Shown here: one piece after another, positions 19,306 through 27,743 of the stretch
Position numbering within the stretch: the first letter of the stretch is position 1
How the letters are laid out: the number at the start of each line of letters is the position of its first letter
DNA from: an uncultured Clostridia bacterium
GTDB lineage: Bacteria; Bacillota; Clostridia; Christensenellales; UBA1242
Assembly (NCBI GenBank): GCA_944350115.1
Contig: CALVNZ010000002.1
Coordinates: 9,939-73,938 of the forward strand
Direction: 5' to 3'
Length of the DNA: 64,000 nt
Notes under the pieces: model-generated
What the model was told of the DNA's origin: nothing
What the model saw: the letters and a program-made list of their open reading frames with translations, nothing else
Database searches by the model: none
Program-made: the position numbers and the translations under genes

Positions 19306-19383
19306 TTGTGCCTCCAATAACATTGTATTTTGTGCGTGCAAAAAGTGTTACAATAATTAAAAAAAAGACATTTGAAATGTCTT

Positions 19384-20142
19384 TTATTTTACAAAAAGTT
19401 TTTGTGTGACTTTGATAAACCAAGATTTTGGAACAAGTCTTTGAACAAAATATAAAAATTTTTGTTTTCCAATGATTTTTTGTGGTTTAAGTTTTTTCTT
19501 TTCAATAAACTGAACCATTTTTTTCACTGCATATTCAACCGGCATTCGTTTGTTTTCATGTGAGTCAACATATTTCGTCGATTTTTCAATTGAATCACCG
19601 TATCTTTCATTTGTTTTAAAAACTTTTACTCTGTTTTTTGTGAAATTGGTTTTAACTTCACCTGGGCAAATCGCTGCAACTTGAATTTGTGTGTTTTTAA
19701 GCTCCATTCTTAGCCCGTCAGTTATCATGCTGACTGCTGCTTTACTTGCACAATAATAAGATCTAAAAGGCAAGGGGAAGAGCGCGCAAGTTGAACTAAT
19801 ATTGATGATTTTGCTTTTTTCTTTCATTTGTGGAAGTGCTCTTTTAATAACATCTACAAGTCCAAAGAAATTTATGTCAAATTGTTTGCGGATTTCTTCT
19901 TCACTGACAAGTTCAACAGCACCAGAAAGGCCACGACCAGCACAATTTATTAATATATCAAATTTTTCATCTTTTAGTTTTTGAAAAGTTGTGTCCAGTG
20001 ATGTCTTATTAGTTATATCACAAGGCAATTCTTCAGAAGATAAAGACAAATCAAAAACCTTGTCATTTTTAGATAAAAAATATTTTTTTAATTCAAGCCC
20101 AATCCCGCTTGACGCACCAGTGATTAAAACCGTTCTGTTCAT
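19384..20142 (-). CDS. SDR-family short-chain oxidoreductase
   Basis: TGASSGIG cofactor motif, NCAG, and a YxxxK catalytic pair (YCASKAA). Confidence 0.9.
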   Translation of the reverse strand: MNRTVLITGASSGIGLELKKYFLSKNDKVFDLSLSSEELPCDITNKTSLDTTFQKLKDEKFDILINCAGRGLSGAVELVSEEEIRKQFDINFFGLVDVIKRALPQMKEKSKIINISSTCALFPLPFRSYYCASKAAVSMITDGLRMELKNTQIQVAAICPGEVKTNFTKNRVKVFKTNERYGDSIEKSTKYVDSHENKRMPVEYAVKKMVQFIEKKKLKPQKIIGKQKFLYFVQRLVPKSWFIKVTQKLFVK

Positions 20143-20253
20143 AATTCACCCCTTTGAATCAGTATACTAAATTTAAAAAAAATTTAAAAGCAATAAGCTG
20201 ATTAATTTTTGAGTTTTTCTTTTAAATGTGCTAAAATAATATGAAAGGTGTTT

Positions 20254-20778
20254 ATGACAAAAAAAGGACTGTACAAAACAAGCGCTTACTTTTCGATAAT
20301 CATTTCAATCATTCTTGCTGTTGTGACAACGTATGAACTTTTAAAAAAAGGTTATTTTGGTCAATCATTGACTGGTCATGGAATGATTACTGGAGTTGGC
20401 GAGAATAAAATTGTTGGTTACACATGTTTGGGGTTTAGTGTGATAAATTTTATCGCTGGAACTTTGATGTTTGTAACGATCAAACATTTTCATAAATCTC
20501 ATTACAAAAGGCTTTTGATTGCTAGCAGTTTTTTTACTATTTTAGGGGCAGTTTGTTTAAATATAAACGCAATCGCATTATATTTGGCGTATGGAACAGA
20601 AGAGGAACTTGCAAACAAACTTTTAAAACCTTTTCATGCAGAACAAAAACCTGCAAATCAAGATGCAAAACAATTAAAACAATCTTTAATTATTTTAAGA
20701 AAAATGCGTGAAAATGGCGAAATAACAGATGAAGAATTTAAAAAAGTTTTATATGATTTAATTAAAGGTGAAAAATAA
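20254..20778 (+). CDS. Membrane protein with C-terminal SHOCT domain
   Basis: Four predicted TM helices, then LRKMRENGEITDEEFKKVLYDLI (SHOCT-like short oligomerisation motif). Confidence 0.65.
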   Translation: MTKKGLYKTSAYFSIIISIILAVVTTYELLKKGYFGQSLTGHGMITGVGENKIVGYTCLGFSVINFIAGTLMFVTIKHFHKSHYKRLLIASSFFTILGAVCLNINAIALYLAYGTEEELANKLLKPFHAEQKPANQDAKQLKQSLIILRKMRENGEITDEEFKKVLYDLIKGEK

Positions 20779-20789
20779 AAAAGTTCAAT

Positions 20790-21242
20790 TTAATTTGAAC
20801 TTTTTTTTCGTTTATTTTTAAAAAATTCTTTCAAAAGCGATTCAGCTTCTTTTTCACCACCGCATCTTTTAATTTCAACTTTATGGTTTAATCTGTTTGA
20901 TGAAAGTATTGTTTCAAGAAGATTGTCATTGGAAGTTTTTTCTTTTGCAGAGTAATAAAGTGTTTTTATTCTCGCGTTTGCGATTGCTCCTGCACACATC
21001 GGGCAGGGCTCTAAGGTCACATAAATTTCACAGTCATCAAGTCGCCATGATTTGAGCTTTTTGCATGCTTTTTCAATGGCAATAATTTCTGCATGTTTTG
21101 TCGCTATTTGCTTTTGTTCTCTTTTATTGTAACCTTCTCCAATTATTTTGCCATTTTTAACGATGACTGCACCAACAGGGATTTCTCCTTTGTTTGCAGC
21201 CTTTCGTGCCAGTATTAGTGCTTGATTGATAAACTTTTCCAT
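20790..21242 (-). CDS. tadA: tRNA adenosine(34) deaminase
   Basis: HAE zinc/catalytic motif (KHAEIIAI) and PCPMCAGA. Confidence 0.93.
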   Translation of the reverse strand: MEKFINQALILARKAANKGEIPVGAVIVKNGKIIGEGYNKREQKQIATKHAEIIAIEKACKKLKSWRLDDCEIYVTLEPCPMCAGAIANARIKTLYYSAKEKTSNDNLLETILSSNRLNHKVEIKRCGGEKEAESLLKEFFKNKRKKSSN

Positions 21243-21282
21243 AATTAAATTTTAACTCAAAGCGTTTGGAAAGTCTAGTAAA

Positions 21283-22341
21283 ATGATGTATACTTTTTTC
21301 ATGAAGAAAAAAAATGATTTAGTGCCTTTTAAAAAACGCAATTTTTATGACATTTCTGACACAGGAATTGTCTATCTTTCGGCAATCATTGCACCATATT
21401 TGATCATGGCTTTGGTTATCGTCTTTTTCGGTTTAATTAGTTCGCAAACCGGCACAACTATGCAAGAATTTGGTGATTCTTTGGCATATAAGATTATATC
21501 TTGTTTTTTTGCTCCGCTTGGGCTTTGCATTTTGTTTTTTTCTTACAATAAAATCAAAAAAACTAGTTTTAAAGCCATCAATCTAAAACCAAAAATGCAA
21601 GTCTGGGATTTTGTCATGTGTTTTGTTGTCGCTATAGTCTGCTTGTTTGGGTTTAAATATTTTATAGGCGGAATCGACCATCTGCTTGTGCTTGGAGGCT
21701 ATGAGTTGTCTTCCTTGTCACTGCCTCTTGATAATGTTGGTTGGCTTGTTTTGGCAATTTTCTTGCTCGCAGTTTTGCCAGCTGTTTTTGAAGAATTTGT
21801 TTATCGTGGAATAATTTTTAATGGGCTTAGAAGCAAAATGGGAGATGTTAGTGCAATTTTTGTTTCTGCGGCCATGTTTGCTTTTATGCATGGATCAATC
21901 GAGCAACTTGTTTATCAATTCTTTTTAGGGTTTGTGATTGCATGGATGGTTGTGAGAACTGGCTCACTTTTAAGTGGAATTATAATTCATTTTTTAAACA
22001 ACGCTATGGTTGTTATTTTGGCTTATATTGAACTTCATTATGGCGGGGTTGAAATGACTTATAATGTTTGGCAATGGGTTTTGAGTGTTGGACTGGTTTT
22101 GGTTTGTTTGGCGATTATTTTTGTCATCGAAAAATTTTATTTTAAACACAAAAATCATGAAATAGTCGAAAAAAATATTGATGAAGAAGATCAACTCACA
22201 GAAAAACAAAAGTTAAAAGAAAAAACAGAAAAAACTCAAGATTTGAAAAACCTCCCTTATCCAATTTTGCTTTGGATTTCAATGGGCATTTCATTTGTTT
22301 TGTTTTTAATTAACACTTTAACAGGATTTGGGGCATTATAA
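21283..22341 (+). CDS. CPBP-family intramembrane glutamic endopeptidase (CAAX protease/Abi family)
   Basis: Motifs EEFVYRG, FAFMHG and HFLNNA within a polytopic membrane protein. Confidence 0.82.
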   Translation: MMYTFFMKKKNDLVPFKKRNFYDISDTGIVYLSAIIAPYLIMALVIVFFGLISSQTGTTMQEFGDSLAYKIISCFFAPLGLCILFFSYNKIKKTSFKAINLKPKMQVWDFVMCFVVAIVCLFGFKYFIGGIDHLLVLGGYELSSLSLPLDNVGWLVLAIFLLAVLPAVFEEFVYRGIIFNGLRSKMGDVSAIFVSAAMFAFMHGSIEQLVYQFFLGFVIAWMVVRTGSLLSGIIIHFLNNAMVVILAYIELHYGGVEMTYNVWQWVLSVGLVLVCLAIIFVIEKFYFKHKNHEIVEKNIDEEDQLTEKQKLKEKTEKTQDLKNLPYPILLWISMGISFVLFLINTLTGFGAL

Positions 22342-22369
22342 CAGACAAAAGGGAATATAATAAAACGTA

Positions 22370-23476
22370 ATGGAAGAAAAAACTAAAAATTTTAATTTTG
22401 CTTTACTCACTTATTTTATTATTGTGATTTTGTTTGTCACATTGCGTATGTTGTCCGCTTTTGGCTGTTTTGACGCTTTGGGAGATTTCGCAAGTTTTGG
22501 CTTTACTTTTCTTGTGCAAGTTGTGATTTTACTCGGTGGGGCGGTGTTGCTTTTTTCTGCTTTTAAAAAACAACCTTATTCAAAGACAATGCAATATTAT
22601 GGCTTTAAAAAGATTTCAAAAAAAGTTGTCGGGCTTGTGGTTTTGCTTGGCATTGTTGTGTTTTTCCTTAACACTTTTGTTTCCGCAACATTCAACTCTT
22701 TTATTAGTTTTTTAGGATATGAACATTCTTCATCTGCTTTACCAACTCAATACAACTTTTACTCTCTTTTAATCAACTTGATTTTTAGTGCTTTGTTGCC
22801 AGGCTTTTGCGAAGAAATTGTGCATCGAGGAATGCTTTTAAAAAGCATGCGCCCTCTTGGAATGTGGAAAGCAATTATTTTTTCAGGGTTGCTTTTTGGT
22901 TTGTTGCATCTTAATATCGAGCAATTTTTCTACGCCACCATCATCGGCGTGTTTTTAGGGTTTTTGACTGTTATGACGAGCTCAATCTATCCTGCCATGA
23001 TTGTGCATTTTATGAACAATGCGTTAAGCGTTTATTTGTCTTTTTCAAGAGTGAATAATTTGCCTTTTGGCAATATTTATGAAGGATTTTTCACCTTAAT
23101 TTCTTCAAACTTGTTATTAGGAATTTTGCTTTGTTTGTTAGTTTTGATTTTACTTGTTTATATTTTTACTTTCCTATGCAAAAAGATTTTCCGTTCTCAA
23201 TTAAAATCAGAGTTAAACCAAGCGGCCCAAGAAGTTCAAAAAGAACTTATAAAAAGAGCGTATCTCATTGACATTGAAAACAGCAAAAAGGGCGATGAAG
23301 AAAAAGATTTGGAGATGCTGGATCCAAGACTTGAAATGATTAAAAAGTTGTTTGCAATGAATCCAGAAAAAACAGAAGAGTTTCGCATGCCTAGACTAGG
23401 CGGGCTTTTTCTGTGGATTTGCATTGCACTGATGGGCGCTTTGACTTTGTGCACATTTATTTGGGGGGTGTTATGA
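22370..23476 (+). CDS. CPBP-family intramembrane glutamic endopeptidase, second tandem paralog
   Basis: Motifs EEIVHRG, FGLLHL and HFMNNA. It has an extra charged loop and a C-terminal TM helix. Confidence 0.82.
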   Translation: MEEKTKNFNFALLTYFIIVILFVTLRMLSAFGCFDALGDFASFGFTFLVQVVILLGGAVLLFSAFKKQPYSKTMQYYGFKKISKKVVGLVVLLGIVVFFLNTFVSATFNSFISFLGYEHSSSALPTQYNFYSLLINLIFSALLPGFCEEIVHRGMLLKSMRPLGMWKAIIFSGLLFGLLHLNIEQFFYATIIGVFLGFLTVMTSSIYPAMIVHFMNNALSVYLSFSRVNNLPFGNIYEGFFTLISSNLLLGILLCLLVLILLVYIFTFLCKKIFRSQLKSELNQAAQEVQKELIKRAYLIDIENSKKGDEEKDLEMLDPRLEMIKKLFAMNPEKTEEFRMPRLGGLFLWICIALMGALTLCTFIWGVL

Positions 23477-23931
23477 TTACTATTAAACTTATTTGCGTTG
23501 GGAAACTAAAAGAAAAATTTTGGGTTGACGCTCAAAATGAATACATAAAAAGATTGCAAAAGTTTTGCAAATTTGAACTCATTGAATTGAATGAAAAAAA
23601 TCAAACATCATCTGTTAAAGAAACGCTTGATCGTGAAGGTGAAGATATCATTTCCAAAATGGAAGGTAAAACAATTTTGTTCGATGTCAAAGGACAAGCC
23701 ATCTCCAGCGAAAATCTTGCAGAGTTGATTGAAAAAACGGCTTTTAGTTCAAGCGTCATTTCTTTTGTCATTGGCAGTAGTTTTGGGGTGGACGAGCAGG
23801 TGAAAAACAAAGCCGATAAAAAAATATCGTTTGGACCTATAACCCTTCCTCATAATCTTGCTCGCATCGTTGCAATTGAACAAATTTATCGTGCTTTCAA
23901 CATTATAAGCAACACAAGTTATCATAAATAA
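23473..23931 (+). CDS. rlmH: 23S rRNA (pseudouridine1915-N3)-methyltransferase RlmH
   Basis: MITIKLICVGKLKEKF...YIKRL start, SPOUT C-terminal motif (LPHNLARIVAIEQIYRA), 152 aa. ATGA overlap with the upstream gene. Confidence 0.93.
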   Translation: MITIKLICVGKLKEKFWVDAQNEYIKRLQKFCKFELIELNEKNQTSSVKETLDREGEDIISKMEGKTILFDVKGQAISSENLAELIEKTAFSSSVISFVIGSSFGVDEQVKNKADKKISFGPITLPHNLARIVAIEQIYRAFNIISNTSYHK

Positions 23932-24530
23932 TTGCTGATTTCATCTCTGTGAGCATAAGCGTAAGCAACGGCAGCTTGGTGATCTTCATCAACCCGTTTT
24001 GTTCCGTGAGTTTTGCTTAACAAAAAGTGTATGCATGTGTGACCATCCATGCCAGTGTTTTCAATGTAACTGTTTCCATGAGGATAGCCATTGATGCTTG
24101 CAGCAACAAAATTGTTTTTCGTCACTTCCACCCAGACAGGACGTCTAGCCCAACTCCATTCATAATCGTAAATACTATGAAAAATTTCAGTGTTTTCCCT
24201 GTCTATCGGCTCAACATCTGCGTGATTGTGACCACCATTTCTGTAGACATAATAGGTTTTCCCGCTTTTTATATCAATAACGCGTGTCTTTTCATAGGTT
24301 GGAAACATCGCATTAACTGTGTCAAACCAATTTAAATTTGACACAGTTATTTTTGGCTGGGGTTCGACAATTACTTCTTCACTTTCATAGTGATTGTTAA
24401 TGTCATAAATGTCGCCACTTGTCAAGTTTGTGTGTTTGCCTAAAAAAGGATAGGGGAAAACACAACATAAAATCCCTGAAACAACCAAAATTATTAAAAA
24501 GTAAAAAGGAAAAATCTTTCGCATAATCAT
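23922..24530 (-). CDS. Hypothetical membrane-anchored extracytoplasmic protein with His/Cys-rich motif
   Basis: N-terminal TM anchor, then a globular domain with GGHNHADVEP and GMDGHTCIHF. No confident family assignment. Confidence 0.55.
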   Translation of the reverse strand: MIMRKIFPFYFLIILVVSGILCCVFPYPFLGKHTNLTSGDIYDINNHYESEEVIVEPQPKITVSNLNWFDTVNAMFPTYEKTRVIDIKSGKTYYVYRNGGHNHADVEPIDRENTEIFHSIYDYEWSWARRPVWVEVTKNNFVAASINGYPHGNSYIENTGMDGHTCIHFLLSKTHGTKRVDEDHQAAVAYAYAHRDEISNYL

Positions 24531-24574
24531 ATATTGCGTAATTTTTAAAAAAATAAATAAATATATTTAATTTA

Positions 24575-25540
24575 ATGAAAAAGTCTTTTTCTGCAACGAT
24601 GATTATTATTGGCACTGTGATTGGCTCAGGCTTTGCTAGTGGAAAAGAGGTCGCAGTGTTTTTTTCACGATTTGGTTTAATCTCTTATTTTTTTATTGTT
24701 TTGTCTTTCTTTCTTTTTTTTGGCATTATTTATTTCTTTTTGAGTTTTGGCTCAAAAGCTGTTTTAAGACTGCAATCTTCAAAGCTTTTTTCTTTTTTAT
24801 GTGTTTTGATTTCTTTGATTTTCACTTCTTCGATGTTTGCAGGTGTTGTCAATGTTTTGCCAAGTAATGTTACTGTAAAAGTTTTTGTCATTTTCATTTT
24901 GATTTTAACTTGTGTTGTTGTCATAAAAAAAGGGGCAAAAAGTTTGGCAAGCATCAACAATTTCTTGATTCCAATAACTATCGTTTGTATGCTTGTGGTT
25001 TTGCTTTCTAATGTCGAGTTTGCCAGTCAAGTTAAAATTCATCAAAATGGCTATGCGGGATTGTTTTTTTGTTTTCTTTATGTGGTTTTAAATTTTTCAT
25101 CGTCAAGTGTTGTGATTTCAAAATTAGGTGAAAACTTAACAAAAAAGCAGAAAGCGTGTGTGAGTTTTGTTTCGAGTTTTGTGCTTTCTGCTTTTCTCGT
25201 GTTGACAAATCTTGTTTTGTTGAATCATCCTGAAAGTTTGAATGCCGATATGCCTTTGGTTTTTGTTGCAAGTGGATCGTTAGCTGTTTTAATCAAACTC
25301 GTCATTTTTTCAGGTTGCATTACAACTTTATTTTCGCTTGTTTGGACGACTAAATTGGCGCTTGAAAGATTTGGCTTAAAAATGCGTCAAATTGTCGTTT
25401 TGGCGGTTGTTTTGCCTTTGGCAGTGTCGTTATTTGGGTTTGGCTCAATTGTAAGCTTCCTTTATCCTTTTGCAAGCATAATAGGAGTAGGGCTGTTGTT
25501 TTGTGTGTTCTTTTTGCCTAAGGAAGTCAAATTTTATTAG
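24575..25540 (+). CDS. YkvI-family membrane protein (APC-superfamily-like putative transporter)
   Basis: N-terminus IIIGTVIGSGFASGKEVAVFF is typical of the YkvI family. About 10 TM helices. Confidence 0.7.
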   Translation: MKKSFSATMIIIGTVIGSGFASGKEVAVFFSRFGLISYFFIVLSFFLFFGIIYFFLSFGSKAVLRLQSSKLFSFLCVLISLIFTSSMFAGVVNVLPSNVTVKVFVIFILILTCVVVIKKGAKSLASINNFLIPITIVCMLVVLLSNVEFASQVKIHQNGYAGLFFCFLYVVLNFSSSSVVISKLGENLTKKQKACVSFVSSFVLSAFLVLTNLVLLNHPESLNADMPLVFVASGSLAVLIKLVIFSGCITTLFSLVWTTKLALERFGLKMRQIVVLAVVLPLAVSLFGFGSIVSFLYPFASIIGVGLLFCVFFLPKEVKFY

Positions 25541-26358
25541 CGTTTGTGCCATTTTTCTAATAGGCTGACACCAATGTACATTAAAGCCGCAAGCACACAA
25601 AGCACCACAGTGCTGGTCATTACAAGGTCGATTTTGAAAACTTGACTGCCGTAAACAATCAAATATCCAAGTCCTGCACTTGATGAGAGATATTCGCCCA
25701 TAATTGTTCCAACCCAAGCTAAACCAACATTTATTTTTAAAACTGAAATAAATTCGTCCATTGCGCTGGGGAGAATAAGTTTCCAAAATATTTGAAATTT
25801 GTTTGCGCGCATGGATTTCATAAGTTGAATTTTGTCTGGGTCACAACTTACAAAGGCGTTTAACATTGTTATTGTTGTCATGACAATGCAAATCAGCACG
25901 CACATGACAATTATTGCACTCATTCCAGAGCCAACCCAAAGAATAATTATTGGACCTAAAGCTATTTTTGGAAGGGAATTTAAAACAACTAAATAAGGCT
26001 CAAAAATTCTTCGTAGTTTTTCGCTCCACCATAGTAACACCGCAATTAATGTGCCTCCAATTGTTGCGATTGCAAAACCACATATCGTTTCAAGTAGGGT
26101 GATTCCAATGTGTTTCCAAATCGTTCCATTTGCGATTAGCGAACTCAAAGTATTAAAAATCCTAGACGGGCTGCTCACAAAGAAAGGATCAATAACTTTT
26201 GTTTGTGCAAGCAATTCCCATAGTCCAATAAAAGCGATAAGAATGATTATTTGAAAGGATAGGACAAAGATTTTATCATTTCTTCTTTTACGCAAATATC
26301 TTTCGTGCGCTTTTGAATAAGGCGCACATTTTGGTAGTTTAAGTTTTTTCTTTTTCAT
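25537..26358 (-). CDS. ABC transporter permease (NitT/TauT, SsuC-like family)
   Basis: Six TM helices, with an EAA-like loop (MKSMRANKFQIFWKLILPSAMDEF). The ATG at 26358 overlaps the ATPase stop. Confidence 0.85.
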   Translation of the reverse strand: MKKKKLKLPKCAPYSKAHERYLRKRRNDKIFVLSFQIIILIAFIGLWELLAQTKVIDPFFVSSPSRIFNTLSSLIANGTIWKHIGITLLETICGFAIATIGGTLIAVLLWWSEKLRRIFEPYLVVLNSLPKIALGPIIILWVGSGMSAIIVMCVLICIVMTTITMLNAFVSCDPDKIQLMKSMRANKFQIFWKLILPSAMDEFISVLKINVGLAWVGTIMGEYLSSSAGLGYLIVYGSQVFKIDLVMTSTVVLCVLAALMYIGVSLLEKWHKR

Positions 26359-27112
26359 TTGTAAGTTTTTTCCACACAAAGTCAAAAAGAGCGCCGAAAG
26401 TTTTGTCTTCTCGTTTTTGTAGTGGTGTTTCTCCGTCAAGTTTTAATATTTCAATGTGCTTTACTGTTGCTGGCCTTGACGACAGAATCACAAGTTTGTC
26501 GGACATTGACAAAGCCTCTGAAATGTCGTGCGTCACTAAAATTGCCGTCTTTTTTTCGCTTTTGATGATCTGATAAACATCATCACAAACATTTAGTCTA
26601 GTTTGAAAGTCAAGTGCTGAAAATGGTTCATCTAAAAGCAAAAGTTTTGGTTCTAAAACAAGGGTTCGTATTAATGCAACTCTTTGACGCATGCCACCGC
26701 TAAGTTCTCTTGGTTTACGATTTTGAAAGTCGTAGAGATCGTATTTTTTTAATAATTCTCTGGCAAATTCAAGTTTTTGTTCTTTGTCTTGAAGTTTTTG
26801 CAATTCTAAACCGAGAGTTATATTCTTCCAAATAGTTCGCCATTCAAACAAGTGATCTCGTTGAAACATGTAGCCTATGTGTGGGCTGTTTTTTTTAACT
26901 TCTTCACCTGCTAAATAGATTTTTCCAGAACTAACTGGCAATAAGCCAGCAATGAGAGAAAGTATTGTTGTTTTGCCACAACCACTAGGACCTACAATTG
27001 ATGCAAATTCAAGTTCATCAACTGAAAAATTTAAATTTTGAAGTGCGTGCACTTCTTCATTTTTTGTTTGATAAAAAAAATTCACATTTTGAAAATCTAG
27101 CAGTTTATCCAT
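26339..27112 (-). CDS. ABC transporter ATP-binding protein (NitT/TauT family)
   Basis: Walker A GPSGCGKTT, Q-loop, signature LSGGMRQR, Walker B LLLLDEP, and H-loop VTHD. The ATG at 27112 is preceded by AGAGG. Confidence 0.92.
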   Translation of the reverse strand: MDKLLDFQNVNFFYQTKNEEVHALQNLNFSVDELEFASIVGPSGCGKTTILSLIAGLLPVSSGKIYLAGEEVKKNSPHIGYMFQRDHLFEWRTIWKNITLGLELQKLQDKEQKLEFARELLKKYDLYDFQNRKPRELSGGMRQRVALIRTLVLEPKLLLLDEPFSALDFQTRLNVCDDVYQIIKSEKKTAILVTHDISEALSMSDKLVILSSRPATVKHIEILKLDGETPLQKREDKTFGALFDFVWKKLTNEKEKT

Positions 27113-27180
27113 AAAGACCTCTACATAATCATTGTACTCTCGCTTAAAAATTTTGTGCATGAAAATTTTGGCACCGAACA

Positions 27181-27209
27181 TTGTGCAAGATTTTTTTTAA
27201 GTTTAAAAT
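27181..27209 (+). promoter_or_regulatory. Candidate promoter of the phage-like module
   Basis: TTGTGC (27181-27186), 17-nt spacer, TAAAAT (27204-27209). A second TTGTGCA copy lies at 27153-27159. Confidence 0.35.
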
Positions 27210-27235
27210 GCAGTAAAGCAAACGGGAGGGAGAAG

Positions 27236-27559
27236 TTGAGCGAGCCTAGTGAAGACCAAGTAAAAAAAGCATTAATAAAAAAAGCGGTGGGATATGAGGC
27301 GAAAGAAGAGATTAAAGAATTTATCATTGACGAAAATGGAAAAGAAATTCTTGCAAAAAAAAGAATAACAAAAAAGCATGTGTCGCCAGATCTTGCCGCA
27401 ATGAAATTGTTGCTTGAGAGATATGGTTTAGAGTTTGAAAAATCTCTTGAAAACATGAGCGATGCTGAACTTTTTGAAGAAAAAAACCGCTTGTTGCAAC
27501 TTTTAGAGGAGGAAAGAAAAAATGCAAATCGAAAAATGCAAACATCCGACAAAGTGTGA
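27236..27559 (+). CDS. Terminase small-subunit-like protein fragment (no recognisable HTH)
   Basis: TTG start lies 5 nt after GGGAGGGAG. AVGYEAKEE...KKRITKKHVSPDLAAMKLLLER resembles the conserved C-terminal segment (K..PPD..A..FWLKNR) of many Firmicutes phage TerS proteins. This comes from pattern memory only. Confidence 0.4.
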   Translation: MSEPSEDQVKKALIKKAVGYEAKEEIKEFIIDENGKEILAKKRITKKHVSPDLAAMKLLLERYGLEFEKSLENMSDAELFEEKNRLLQLLEEERKNANRKMQTSDKV

Positions 27560-27743
27560 TTTTGTTGGGTGCAAAAATCTTGCAGATTATCAATTTTCAA
27601 CGAAAGGCATTTTAAAAAGAGAACTTGCTTTTTGTGAATCTTGCTTGCAAGAAATGTATCTTGAAATTTCAAAGATGCAAATTCCAAAACCTGTTGAAGC
27701 ACCATTTAAATTGCCAAAAAGGCTTAAAAAGGAGGAAAAATGA
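27522..27743 (+). CDS. Small Cys-rich (zinc-ribbon-like) phage-module protein
   Basis: GAGGAGG RBS. The 73-aa product has C-x5-C-x4-C ... C-x2-C (CKHPTKCDFVGC...CESC) and a basic tail. Confidence 0.5.
   Translation: MQIEKCKHPTKCDFVGCKNLADYQFSTKGILKRELAFCESCLQEMYLEISKMQIPKPVEAPFKLPKRLKKEEK

Noticed and set aside
27121-27705. 194-aa minus-strand ORF across the ABC/phage-module intergenic region
   Set aside because: It is antisense to two RBS-supported plus-strand ORFs and would run through the divergent promoter region. It shows a Phe/Ser-rich antisense signature.
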